Assembly: GCA_944351415.1 (NCBI GenBank)
Contig: CALVPQ010000001.1
Span: forward strand, 13,540-77,539
Source: an uncultured Clostridia bacterium
Lineage (GTDB): Bacteria > Bacillota > Clostridia > Christensenellales > UBA1242
Direction of reading: 5' to 3'
Length of the DNA: 64,000 nucleotides
The notes under the pieces were generated by a model. It did not search any database. It was not told the origin of the DNA and saw only the letters and a list, made by a program, of their open reading frames with translations. Both the position numbers and the translations under genes were made by a program. Positions 11,601 to 19,031 of this stretch are shown here, piece after piece (within the stretch, counting starts at the first letter, position 1; each line of letters opens with the position of its first letter).

Positions 11601-11739
11601 CATCATGCAAAACAAAACTTTTATCACTGTTTTTATTAAAATCAAGTCCTTTTTTGATTATATTGTTCTCTTCCCAAAATTTTAAAATTTTTGCTTCATT
11701 TCCAACAAAATCTAGTTTAGAATCAACCTTTTTATACAT
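8605..11739 (-). CDS. ileS: Isoleucine--tRNA ligase
   Basis: HIGH motif (KPHIGHVL), KMSKS motif (LKMSKSLKNG), about 1040 aa. The start is set at the ATG at 11739, which is preceded by AGGAGAAAAT; the listed 22-codon extension lacks an RBS. Confidence 0.95.
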   Translation of the reverse strand: MYKKVDSKLDFVGNEAKILKFWEENNIIKKGLDFNKNSDKSFVLHDGPPTANGKPHIGHVLTRAMKDVIPRFKAMKGYYIYRKAGWDTHGLPVEVEVEKKLGFNGKKDIENYGIDKFIDLCKKSVWEYKSMWEDLTKKIGYWVDMDNPYITYDNSYIESVFWALKEMDKKGLIYQGHKVVPYCPRCGTSLSKAELENGDNYKILKENSVYVKLKSLEEENTYFLVWTTTPWTLPSNVALCMNPEEDYTKLSFEGKNYIMLDKLIPTLFEEGSYTKLYTKKGKEFEYHRYEPLFDYVKDEVKKGYFVIVDDYVTTEDGTGIVHIAPAFGEDDYKAGVKYGLTFVQLVDESGKMSDKTDFGGLFVKDADKLIIEKLKNEDKMFKIQPIEHSYPHCWRCKSPLLYYAQDAWFVKTTAIRDQLVKNNQDINWIPEHIKNGRMGNFLANNIDWNISRNRYWGTPLPFWKCENGHVHVIGSVEELRSLSGIKEELDLHKPTLDKITFPCPVCGKTMHRTPEVMDCWFDSGSMPFAQYHYPFENQETFKKAFSADYISEAIDQTRGWFYTLLTVNTAVFNKAPFKACNVLGLVLDKNGLKMSKSLKNGVDPWEVLNKYGADGVRWYFFSSCNPAQGLPFIEENLVDLQRKFMGTLWNVYYFYVLYAEIDKIDPSKYSLKDCKLTFLDKWLLSDYNALIKVVDEGLEKYDMKTPTAAISEFVDRLSNWYIRRSRERFWGSEENDDKKAAYKTLYEVLVSLSKLIAPFVPFMAEEIYQNLVRSLDENAPESVHFCSFPEADESMIDSRLNEGMDKVLEIVNLGRSCRSASNVKNRQPLSKVIVCTSKELALDSELQELIKDELNVEKIEILHNADEFVSYELKPQLRTVGPKYGKLLGGIKEYLAQAGSVENVTKVRNGGKLEFTVNGQAVSLGEEDLLIGLKNKEGYSSETNGEMTVVLDTNLTPDLIAKGMVKEFVSKVQNLRKESEFEVVNHIKIELSGDKTLSDKLLEYSDTIKKGTLCDEVKLGASGTNSMEFEFDGAKVQVYIAKIK

Positions 11740-11832
11740 AATTTTCTCCTTTTTTATTTTTCTTCCACATTTAATATACTTTTTGTTTGCAATATACTTT
11801 AGCACACGAGATAAAGCTGGGTTTTAGATAAA

Positions 11833-11889
11833 GAGCGAGCCGTGCGGGAGCGTCTTTTGGTGCGAACCGCGTGGCGAGCGGAGCGAAGC
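11833..11889. repeat. G+C-rich fragment carrying the GTGCGGGAG motif (partial copy of the intergenic repeat family)
   Basis: gagcgagccGTGCGGGAGcgtcttttgGTGCGAAccgcgtggcgagcggagcgaagc. The same 9-mer occurs at 13966 and 39595. It lies between the T-box terminator and the ileS start. Confidence 0.5.
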
Positions 11890-12030
11890 TAACTTTTAAA
11901 TATTTTTTTATCTTATTTAAAAATATAAAAAGTATCTAAAAGTTTAAATTTTTTGTTTATCTTTAAAGTTTTACTTTTTTTCACTTTAGTAATAAAAAAC
12001 TATTTAATAAGTATACTCGCTTATATTTTT

Positions 12031-12285
12031 TAACAAAAAGCCCATTAAGTTACAAGAACCTAATGGGCAAAACCACTTGTAATCTTATAGCCGAGCAAAC
12101 ACTCGCCCCTTCTATAACGGGAAAGCCCCGACAACCTTTACACAAGAAAACTTCTCTTTCATGGTTGCAACTCCGAAAGTGATAATCTTTAAGTCTTTCT
12201 TTTGCCTTTCACCAAAACGGCAACTCTCTATATGAACCTAACTTAAAAATCCTGTCTTTCATCAACGCATTTATTATTACTAAAC
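12031..12285 (-). promoter_or_regulatory. T-box leader (Ile specifier) with intrinsic terminator, upstream of ileS
   Basis: On the minus strand: stem I elements AGAGAG...GGTGAAA, AUC followed by A at 12183..12181, a T-box-like core acaaGTGGTtttgccc, and terminator gcccattag...ctaatgggc plus a U-run (12031..12068). Confidence 0.75.
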
Positions 12286-12292
12286 ATTATTT

Positions 12293-12321
12293 ATTTTAGT
12301 CACATAGAACACATTTGTCAA
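12293..12321 (-). promoter_or_regulatory. Sigma-A type promoter for the ileS T-box leader
   Basis: Minus strand TTGACA, 17 nt, TAAAAT. Confidence 0.6.
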
Positions 12322-12366
12322 TAAAATTTTTATATTTTCAAAAAAAGAGATGATAACATCTCTTTT

Positions 12367-13107
12367 TTAATATTGTTCAAGAATCTTTTGAGCTTCAGAT
12401 ACATTTGCACCTGTCATAATACCAAGTGGCATCTCAGTGTTAAGCCCATTCTTTGTAAAAAGTATTGCAAGAAGTTTGTGATTATTATAAAATTCATTTA
12501 AAGCCTCTTCTATTGAACAATCAGCTTTTTTTACAACATAATAATTGCTATTTTGAAGTGAAGAAAGCATATCTTCAATCTGCACATTGTCAAGAAATGC
12601 AGAACATTTTCCACCTGATATTAAAAATTGCCCCATAGAATTTAATATTTTTTGCCCATTTGCTACACCTATAAGATGATTTTCTTTGTATACTGGAATA
12701 TTACTGAAATTGGAACTTGCCATAAGTGTTATAACTTCTCTCATACTTTTGCCTGCATAAGTAATTACAACATTCTTTCTGCCGACTGTATCAAGCGCCT
12801 TTGGCGGAGTGGTGAGCAACTTTTCAATATGTTCTATATCTTCAACGACACTATCGTGTGGCTCTGCTATAATAAAATTTTCATTATTATTATGGATTAT
12901 CGCATTACGAAGTCTGCCATAATCAATAAGTTCATCTTCATATTTTCGAACAACGTAGTTCATAACAACACTTTTTCTTATTAAATCTGAAAAGCCCATT
13001 GCTCTATTTAGCCCATAACGTGTTTTTAAAGCATAATCTATATTATTATAAGCATCTAAAAATCTTTTTGCATTACTCTTTTGAAAATCTTTTTTCTCTT
13101 CTTCCAT
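12367..13107 (-). CDS. CBS-pair protein with an N-terminal HEPN-like (Swt1-type RNxxxH) domain
   Basis: GGAGA RBS. The N-terminal ~100 aa contain GRLRNAIIHNN (R67..H72). The C-terminal half has two CBS-like units (REVITLMASSNFSNIPVY...LIGV; IEEALNEFYNNHKLLAILF...PLGIMT). Confidence 0.6.
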   Translation of the reverse strand: MEEEKKDFQKSNAKRFLDAYNNIDYALKTRYGLNRAMGFSDLIRKSVVMNYVVRKYEDELIDYGRLRNAIIHNNNENFIIAEPHDSVVEDIEHIEKLLTTPPKALDTVGRKNVVITYAGKSMREVITLMASSNFSNIPVYKENHLIGVANGQKILNSMGQFLISGGKCSAFLDNVQIEDMLSSLQNSNYYVVKKADCSIEEALNEFYNNHKLLAILFTKNGLNTEMPLGIMTGANVSEAQKILEQY

Positions 13108-13238
13108 AAAATCTCCAAGCTGTATTAAATACTTCTATTATCATAACATATTTTTTAAAAAATACATACAAATTTTAGCGAATATTCAAAAATTTTTATC
13201 TTTAGAAGGAATTATACATCATTTCTTTAAAAAAATTA

Positions 13239-13267
13239 TTGCAATATTTATTGTTTTATGCTAAAAT
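13239..13267 (+). promoter_or_regulatory. Sigma-A type promoter of the SRP RNA gene
   Basis: TTGCAA, 17 nt, TAAAAT. Confidence 0.55.
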
Positions 13268-13271
13268 ATAT

Positions 13272-13545
13272 AAACCGAGATAGATGGAGAGTTAGCGGTG
13301 CTCTGTAACCCACAATCCGCTATAGTGGGATTGAACACTTGTGTGCGGTTTGATTTTGTCAAATATGTGTATAGGCTTTAGGCGATGAAATCAAGGTCTT
13401 ATGCAATCAAAATCTTTGAACCATGTCAGAGCCTGACGGCAGCATCATTAAGAAGACACTTTGGTGTGCCATAAGGTAGCTTTGGTGGAGTTTAAAGTTT
13501 ATAAGGCAGTTGGTGAAATCTTATCAAACCAAGTTCTCGGTCTTT
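13272..13545 (+). ncRNA. ffs: Signal recognition particle RNA, large Bacillus-type (with Alu domain)
   Basis: GAACCATGTCAG...GGCAGCATCATTAAG matches my recollection of the domain IV core of B. subtilis scRNA (GAACCATGTCAGGTCCGGAAGGAAGCAGCATTAAG). The 5' gttagcggtgctctgtaacc...atccgc is Alu-domain-like. The ends pair (accgaga/tctcggt). G+C is higher than in the flanks. Confidence 0.8.
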
Positions 13546-13554
13546 GACAACAAG

Positions 13555-13582
13555 AGGTAGGCAACTTGCCTACCTTATTTTA
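13555..13582 (+). terminator. Intrinsic terminator after the SRP RNA
   Basis: aggtaggcaa/cttgcctacct followed by tattttat. Confidence 0.7.
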
Positions 13583-13643
13583 TGATATAAATTTAGTAAA
13601 TTTGTGAACTTTATATAAAAAAAACAGCATATTTGCTGTTTTT

Positions 13644-13883
13644 TTACTTTTCTTTCTTTTCTGTTTTATTTATTTTATTTTCCATAGCTTTAACACCATC
13701 TTTAACTTTCTTTTCAATTTCGTCCATACCTTGCTCTGCCTTCTTTTCTATTTGCTTTGCAGTTTTTACTACTTTCTTCTCACCTTGAGCGAGCAATTCT
13801 TGTGTGCCTTGTGAATATTTGTGAAGAAGAGCACCTGTTAAAAGCCCCATGCTGAATCCTAAGAGCATCATTACATCTTTCAT
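13644..13883 (-). CDS. YtxH-like small membrane-anchored protein
   Basis: Start set at the ATG at 13883, preceded by GAAAGGGGG. It has an N-terminal hydrophobic helix followed by a K/E-rich helical region. Confidence 0.6.
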   Translation of the reverse strand: MKDVMMLLGFSMGLLTGALLHKYSQGTQELLAQGEKKVVKTAKQIEKKAEQGMDEIEKKVKDGVKAMENKINKTEKKEK

Positions 13884-13965
13884 TTTGTTCCCCCTTTCAG
13901 CATTAGTATGGGCAATAATAAAAATATTATACAATTTAAACCATATCTATTTATCTATAAATAAT

Positions 13966-14099
13966 GTGCGGGAGATTATAAAAATAATATAGATAAAGTA
14001 TGTGCGGGCAAAATATGCTTGCAGAAGTGCTGGCTTTTAAGTCAGCAAAAAACGATAGTTTTTTAAAATTTTGTTTAAACAAAATTTACTTCTGCAAGC
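13966..14099. repeat. Intergenic nested-hairpin repeat, copy b (with GTGCGGGAG 5' module)
   Basis: GTGCGGGAG at 13966 and TGTGCGGG at 14001. Arms are gcttgcagaagt (14017..14028) and acttctgcaagc (14088..14099), enclosing the hairpins gctggc-ttttaa-gtcagc and attttgttt/aaacaaaat. Confidence 0.7.
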
Positions 14100-14189
14100 T
14101 TTTTTATATATCAATAGTTAAAATTTATTCTTAATAAATGACTTATAATATTTCACAAAAAAACTGCATCTAAAAATGCAGTTTTTTTA

Positions 14190-14594
14190 TTACATTTCTT
14201 TAAGAGCTTTTTTCTCTTCACGTTCCTTTCTTTTATAATAATCTTCAACAGCATTATTGATTGCCTCTTCAACAATAACAGCTGAATAATATCTATCTTG
14301 AGGAATGGAGTTTTCAAATTGTTCTAAGATATCTTGACTTGTTAATCCTAGAGCTTCTTCAAGGCTCATACCCACAAGCATTTCACAGACAATATCACCA
14401 GCAACTATTGTGCTTACACCACCATAAGCTTTAAATTTTGCTGAATCAATCACACCATCTTCATCTACGAGAATATAGATTTTAACTATATCACCATATT
14501 TTTCATCGCTTGACTTTCCTGAACCATTAGCTCCGCGAAGCCCACCAGCAAATTTTGGTGACTTAAATCTTTCTAAAACTTCCTTACTATACAT
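14190..14594 (-). CDS. IscU/NifU-N-like protein lacking all three cluster-ligand cysteines
   Basis: It aligns by eye along its full length to IscU. However, ACGD becomes KYGD (Y33), YGCGS becomes YGGVS (G59) and HCS becomes YYS (Y103). Confidence 0.75.
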   Translation of the reverse strand: MYSKEVLERFKSPKFAGGLRGANGSGKSSDEKYGDIVKIYILVDEDGVIDSAKFKAYGGVSTIVAGDIVCEMLVGMSLEEALGLTSQDILEQFENSIPQDRYYSAVIVEEAINNAVEDYYKRKEREEKKALKEM

Positions 14595-14596
14595 AA

Positions 14597-15772
14597 TTAT
14601 TTCCTCCCTGCTTTAGTTACTGCTGAGATAGCTCTTAGTTGTGAAACTGCCTTTTCAAGAACTTCAACAACATAATCAAGGTCACTTCTGCTTGTGTTCT
14701 TTCCAAAAGATATTCTTATTGAAGATTTAACAATATCGTTATCTAGTTGCATAGCTTTTAAAACATGAGAAGGTTCTGCTGAGTTTGAAGTGCAAGCTGA
14801 GCCGATTGAAACTGCAACACCCTCCATGTCTAGTAGCATAAGAAGTGATTCATTATCAACCATATCAAAGGAGATATTTAAAATTCCATTTATTTTTTGG
14901 TGTGGGTGCCCATTTACAGTGACATATTCAATTTTTTCTTGAATATTTTTAAGAAGGTAATCTCTTTCGCTTCTTAGTTTCTGTTGATTGATTGTCATAT
15001 CTCTGACTGCAATTTCAACCGCCTTACCAAAACCAGCAACAGCAGGCACATCAACTGTTCCACCACGTTTTCCACGTTCTTGATTACCACCTGCAATAAG
15101 TGTGTCTATTCTTATGCCATTTTTAAGATATAAACAACCAACCCCCTTAGGTCCATAAATCTTATGTGCAGAAAGTGATAGAGCATCAATTTCCATATCT
15201 TGAACATCAAGTTTAATTGCACCGATTGCTTGAACTGCATCTGTGTGGAAGATGATGCCATAATCATGAGCAATTTTTGCTATTGCTTTGATATTTTGAA
15301 TGGTTCCTACTTCGTTATTTACAGCCATGATTGAAATAAGAGTGGTATCCTTTCTGATAGAATGTAGAAGTTCTGTTAAATTAACAAGTCCTGTTTTATC
15401 TACAGATACATAAGTTATATCATAACCTTCTTCTTCAAGTTGTTTGCACGCATCTAGCACTGCTTGGTGTTCTATAGTGCTTGTTATGATATGTTTGCCT
15501 TTATTTGAATATGCATGAGCAATACCTTTTATTGCCCAGTTATCCGCTTCTGTTCCGCCTGATGTGAAATATATTTCATTTGATTTTGCTGCATTGATTG
15601 CATGAGCAACACGGTCTCTAGCACGGTCTACAATTGCGCTAGCTTCACGCCCATAGCTATGAAGAGAATTGCTGTTACCATAAATAGCATTGTAACATGG
15701 GAGCATCTCTGCAAGCACTTCACTTGAAACAATAGTTGTTGCTGCGTTATCTAAATAAACTCTTTTACCCAT
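14597..15772 (-). CDS. nifS: Cysteine desulfurase (NifS/IscS type)
   Basis: PLP-lysine motif SAHKIYGPKG; active-site loop SIGSACTS; 391 aa. Confidence 0.9.
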   Translation of the reverse strand: MGKRVYLDNAATTIVSSEVLAEMLPCYNAIYGNSNSLHSYGREASAIVDRARDRVAHAINAAKSNEIYFTSGGTEADNWAIKGIAHAYSNKGKHIITSTIEHQAVLDACKQLEEEGYDITYVSVDKTGLVNLTELLHSIRKDTTLISIMAVNNEVGTIQNIKAIAKIAHDYGIIFHTDAVQAIGAIKLDVQDMEIDALSLSAHKIYGPKGVGCLYLKNGIRIDTLIAGGNQERGKRGGTVDVPAVAGFGKAVEIAVRDMTINQQKLRSERDYLLKNIQEKIEYVTVNGHPHQKINGILNISFDMVDNESLLMLLDMEGVAVSIGSACTSNSAEPSHVLKAMQLDNDIVKSSIRISFGKNTSRSDLDYVVEVLEKAVSQLRAISAVTKAGRK

Positions 15773-15937
15773 AATAAACCCCTTTTGTCATTTTTAATTT
15801 TATCACGAGTGGCAAGTAAAGTCAATAGCAAAAATATTTTATTTTATAAATTAAAGAAAAAAATAAAAAAAAGAAGTGTTTTTTTTTGAAATTTTAATTA
15901 TTTTTTTTAAATTTTCAATAAAACACTTCATTTTTCT

Positions 15938-16243
15938 TTACAAATATTTTTTAAGAGTTTCTTTTAATTCTTCCCCTTGCCATACTCCAATATGTTTTTC
16001 TTTCTCTTGGCCATCTTTAAAAATTATAAGAGTTGGAATTGACATAACACCAAAGGAGCGAGCTAAATTTGGGTTCTCGTCAACATCAACCTTGACAAAG
16101 TTGACATTCTTTTCGCTCTCTTCCACTTCATCAAGAATTTGCCCCATCATGCGACACGGCATACACCAAGTCGCAAAAAAGTCTACGAGGGTTACTCCGC
16201 TTTTAATTTCATTATCAAACTCTTTCTCATTTATAATCTTCAT
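15938..16243 (-). CDS. trxA: Thioredoxin (active site WCMPC rather than WCGPC)
   Basis: 101 aa; FFATWCMPCRMM; thioredoxin-fold length and layout. Confidence 0.85.
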   Translation of the reverse strand: MKIINEKEFDNEIKSGVTLVDFFATWCMPCRMMGQILDEVEESEKNVNFVKVDVDENPNLARSFGVMSIPTLIIFKDGQEKEKHIGVWQGEELKETLKKYL

Positions 16244-16304
16244 AATCTTCTCCTATCCTTTCTAAACTTAGTTTAGCATTTTTAAATTCTTTTGGCAAAT
16301 AAAT

Positions 16305-16976
16305 TTAGCTTTTTATTATTTTATTAACAACAACACTTGCTATTGTTATTCCACAAGCTGCTGGGTAGTAGCTTATGCTTCCAATCACACCTTCAACCCT
16401 TTGCGGCTTGCTATCACAAGTGACAACGTCAAGTGACTTAACACCCGCCTTGCGAAGTTCATGACGTATAACCTTTGCAAGTCCGTCATCGTGGGTTTTA
16501 TAAATATCTGTCAGATAAAAATGTGGCACATCATAGCGATTGCCTGCACCCATAGCTGAAATTATATTTATATTATGCGATTTACAATAAATTATAAGTG
16601 CTACTTTATCCTTAGTGCTATCAATTGCATCTACAACATAATCAATATCTTTTATATAAGTTGAAAGATTGTCTTGGCAAATTCTGTTATTGACTATTTC
16701 TATTTGCATATTTTGATTTATTGACAAAAGCATTTCTTTTATAACTTCAACTTTTGCTCTTCCTATTGTGTTTTGAAAGGCAACAACTTGACGATTAAGG
16801 TTGCTTGTAGTTACAACATCAAAATCTATAAGTTTTAATTTTTCCACCCCTGCTCTTGCAAGCATGAGTGCAACATAACCACCCACACCTCCAACACCTA
16901 TAACTGCAACTTTTGTCTGAGCAAGTTTTTCAATATTTTCCTTTCCAATTAAAGCTTGAGTTCGTGTTTTATCCAT
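16305..16976 (-). CDS. tcdA: tRNA threonylcarbamoyladenosine dehydratase (ThiF/E1-like)
   Basis: Rossmann motif VIGVGGVGG plus D..D...SNLNRQ. Confidence 0.75.
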   Translation of the reverse strand: MDKTRTQALIGKENIEKLAQTKVAVIGVGGVGGYVALMLARAGVEKLKLIDFDVVTTSNLNRQVVAFQNTIGRAKVEVIKEMLLSINQNMQIEIVNNRICQDNLSTYIKDIDYVVDAIDSTKDKVALIIYCKSHNINIISAMGAGNRYDVPHFYLTDIYKTHDDGLAKVIRHELRKAGVKSLDVVTCDSKPQRVEGVIGSISYYPAACGITIASVVVNKIIKS

Positions 16977-17016
16977 TTTTATCCCTTTATATTTAATTTT
17001 TATATTTTAAAATAAA

Positions 17017-17166
17017 TCCGCTTGAAAAGACTGCCGAAAGTGCAAACCTTTTAGGGTTTGCTGTTTTGCTTTTTTAAAGCAAAACAAAAATTTTAAGATA
17101 TTAAAATTTACTTTCGGCAGTCCATAACAACCACAAATATCTGAGATTTATGGTTGCAGTAGCGGA
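17017..17166. repeat. Intergenic nested-hairpin repeat, copy d
   Basis: Arms gactgccgaaagt (17029..17041) and actttcggcagtc (17110..17122). Inner hairpins are gcaaacc-tttta-gggtttgc and gttttgc-ttttttaaa-gcaaaac. A flanking hairpin lies at 17128..17156 and an outer pairing tccgct/agcgga closes the element. Confidence 0.7.
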
Positions 17167-17194
17167 CTTTATTATGCTTTTTATTTAGATTTGA

Positions 17195-18490
17195 TTATAA
17201 AATATATTTTTTAAGGTCAAATTTTTTCTTTGTTTCTTTAAATGCATTTTGAACATATCCTCTATCAATTTTAACTGTAGTTAGTGGCAATTCGTCTGAT
17301 GCATTGAAAGAAATATCTTCAAGTAAGCTTTCCATTATAGTATGGAGTCTTCTTGCACCTATATTTTCGCTTGTTTCATTTTCTGTTGCTGCCATATCTG
17401 CAATTTCATCAAGAGCATCATCTGTGAATTGTAAATCTATATTATCAACCTTCAAAATACTTGCGTATTGTAGAGTAACGGAGTTTTTAGGTTCTGATAA
17501 AATACGCTTAAAGTCTTCTTTTGTAAGGTTATCAAGGTCAACTCTTATAGGAAATCTTCCTTGAAGTTCTGGAATCATATCTTCAATATTTGAAACATGG
17601 AATGCACCTGATGCAATAAACAAAATAAAGTCTGTTTTTACATTGCCATATTTTGTTGCAACTGTGCTTCCTTCAACAATAGGAAGTATATCTCTTTGAA
17701 CACCTTCTCTTGAAACATCTTGATTGTTAGAGCCTCCGGCTTTACCTATAATCTTATCAATTTCATCAATAAAGATAATTCCCTCTTCTTCAGTTCTTCT
17801 TATAGCTTCAGCATAGACATTATCTTTATCAATAATACGGTCGCATTCTTCACTTGTTAAAAGTTCTCTTGCCCTTGCAACAGACATTCTTCTTTTTTTG
17901 TGGCGTTGTGGCAAAAGTCCATCAAAAACAGAACCTATATTTATCTCTGGCCCACCTATCGCCACCATCGGCTTTTGATTATCAAGCACAGAAACCTCTA
18001 TTTGTTCACTTTCAAGTTTACCTGCCCTTAAATCTTCTGCAACTAAAGTTTTATCAACTGCAATATCGCTCGCCCTTCTTGTGTCGCATATAGCATCAAT
18101 AAGTTTGCTTTCAACAATTGGGCTTACTTTTGACTCAATTTCATGAGATTTTTCGTCTTTAACCATTCGGACTGCAACTTCAACAAGGTCGCGAATCATG
18201 CTTTCAACATCTCTGCCCACATATCCAACTTCGGTATATTTTGTTGCTTCAATTTTGATAAATGGAGCCTTTACCAGCTTTGCAAGACGTCTTGCAATCT
18301 CTGTTTTACCAACACCTGTTGGACCACGCATGATAATATTTTTTGGTGTTATCTCTTCTCTAAGTTCTTTTGGAAGTTGACTTCTTCTGTATCTATTTCT
18401 TAAGGCTATTGCAACTGCTCTTTTTGCCTTTGACTGACCAATTATATATTTGTCAAGTTCTTCTACTATCTGTCTTGGAGTTAAATTCAT
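17195..18490 (-). CDS. hslU: ATP-dependent protease ATPase subunit HslU
   Basis: Walker A GPTGVGKTEIARRLA; N-terminal LTPRQIVEELDKYIIGQ; 431 aa. Confidence 0.95.
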   Translation of the reverse strand: MNLTPRQIVEELDKYIIGQSKAKRAVAIALRNRYRRSQLPKELREEITPKNIIMRGPTGVGKTEIARRLAKLVKAPFIKIEATKYTEVGYVGRDVESMIRDLVEVAVRMVKDEKSHEIESKVSPIVESKLIDAICDTRRASDIAVDKTLVAEDLRAGKLESEQIEVSVLDNQKPMVAIGGPEINIGSVFDGLLPQRHKKRRMSVARARELLTSEECDRIIDKDNVYAEAIRRTEEEGIIFIDEIDKIIGKAGGSNNQDVSREGVQRDILPIVEGSTVATKYGNVKTDFILFIASGAFHVSNIEDMIPELQGRFPIRVDLDNLTKEDFKRILSEPKNSVTLQYASILKVDNIDLQFTDDALDEIADMAATENETSENIGARRLHTIMESLLEDISFNASDELPLTTVKIDRGYVQNAFKETKKKFDLKKYIL

Positions 18491-18491
18491 C

Positions 18492-19031
18492 TTACACCTC
18501 CTCTACTGTGATATGGTCATTTGTGAATACACAAATTTGACCTGCAATTTCAAGTGCCTTCTTGGCAATCTCTTTTGCTGAAAGTTTTGTGTTTTGTTTT
18601 AGTGCCTTTGCCGCAGCAAGAGCATAGTTTCCGCCTGAGCCAATTGCACAAACATCATCATCTGGCTCTATAACTTCGCCTGTGCCTGACACAATCAAAA
18701 GTTGTTCTTTATCGGCAACTATCATCATTGCATTGAGTTGTCTTGCTGCCTTATCTTCTCGCCAAGTGCCTGCAAGCTCTACCGCACTTCTCATAAGGTT
18801 ACCTGAAAATTTGTTGAGCATATTTTCAAAACGCTCGCAGAGTGAAAAGGCATCTGCAACCGACCCTGCGAAGCCAATCACTACTTGGTCATTATATATT
18901 CTTCTAACTTTATGGGCATTTGACTTGAAAATAACACTTTCGCTCATGGTGACTTGTCCATCACCTGCTATTGCTATCTTTCCATCTCGTTTTACACCGC
19001 ATATTGTTGTTCCCTTAAACATGCTTTCCAT
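18492..19031 (-). CDS. hslV: ATP-dependent protease subunit HslV
   Basis: N-terminal TT nucleophile context (FKGTTICGV), GDGQVT, GSGG. The true start may be Met4. Confidence 0.9.
   Translation of the reverse strand: MESMFKGTTICGVKRDGKIAIAGDGQVTMSESVIFKSNAHKVRRIYNDQVVIGFAGSVADAFSLCERFENMLNKFSGNLMRSAVELAGTWREDKAARQLNAMMIVADKEQLLIVSGTGEVIEPDDDVCAIGSGGNYALAAAKALKQNTKLSAKEIAKKALEIAGQICVFTNDHITVEEV

Noticed and set aside
11740-11805. 22-codon N-terminal extension of the ileS ORF
   Set aside because: The ATG at 11739 is preceded by AGGAGAAAAT and begins the conserved IleS N-terminus. The extension has no RBS and is basic low-complexity sequence.
15876-16265. 129-aa plus-strand ORF
   Set aside because: It is antisense to the well-supported thioredoxin gene, has a F/I/S-rich low-complexity sequence and has no RBS.
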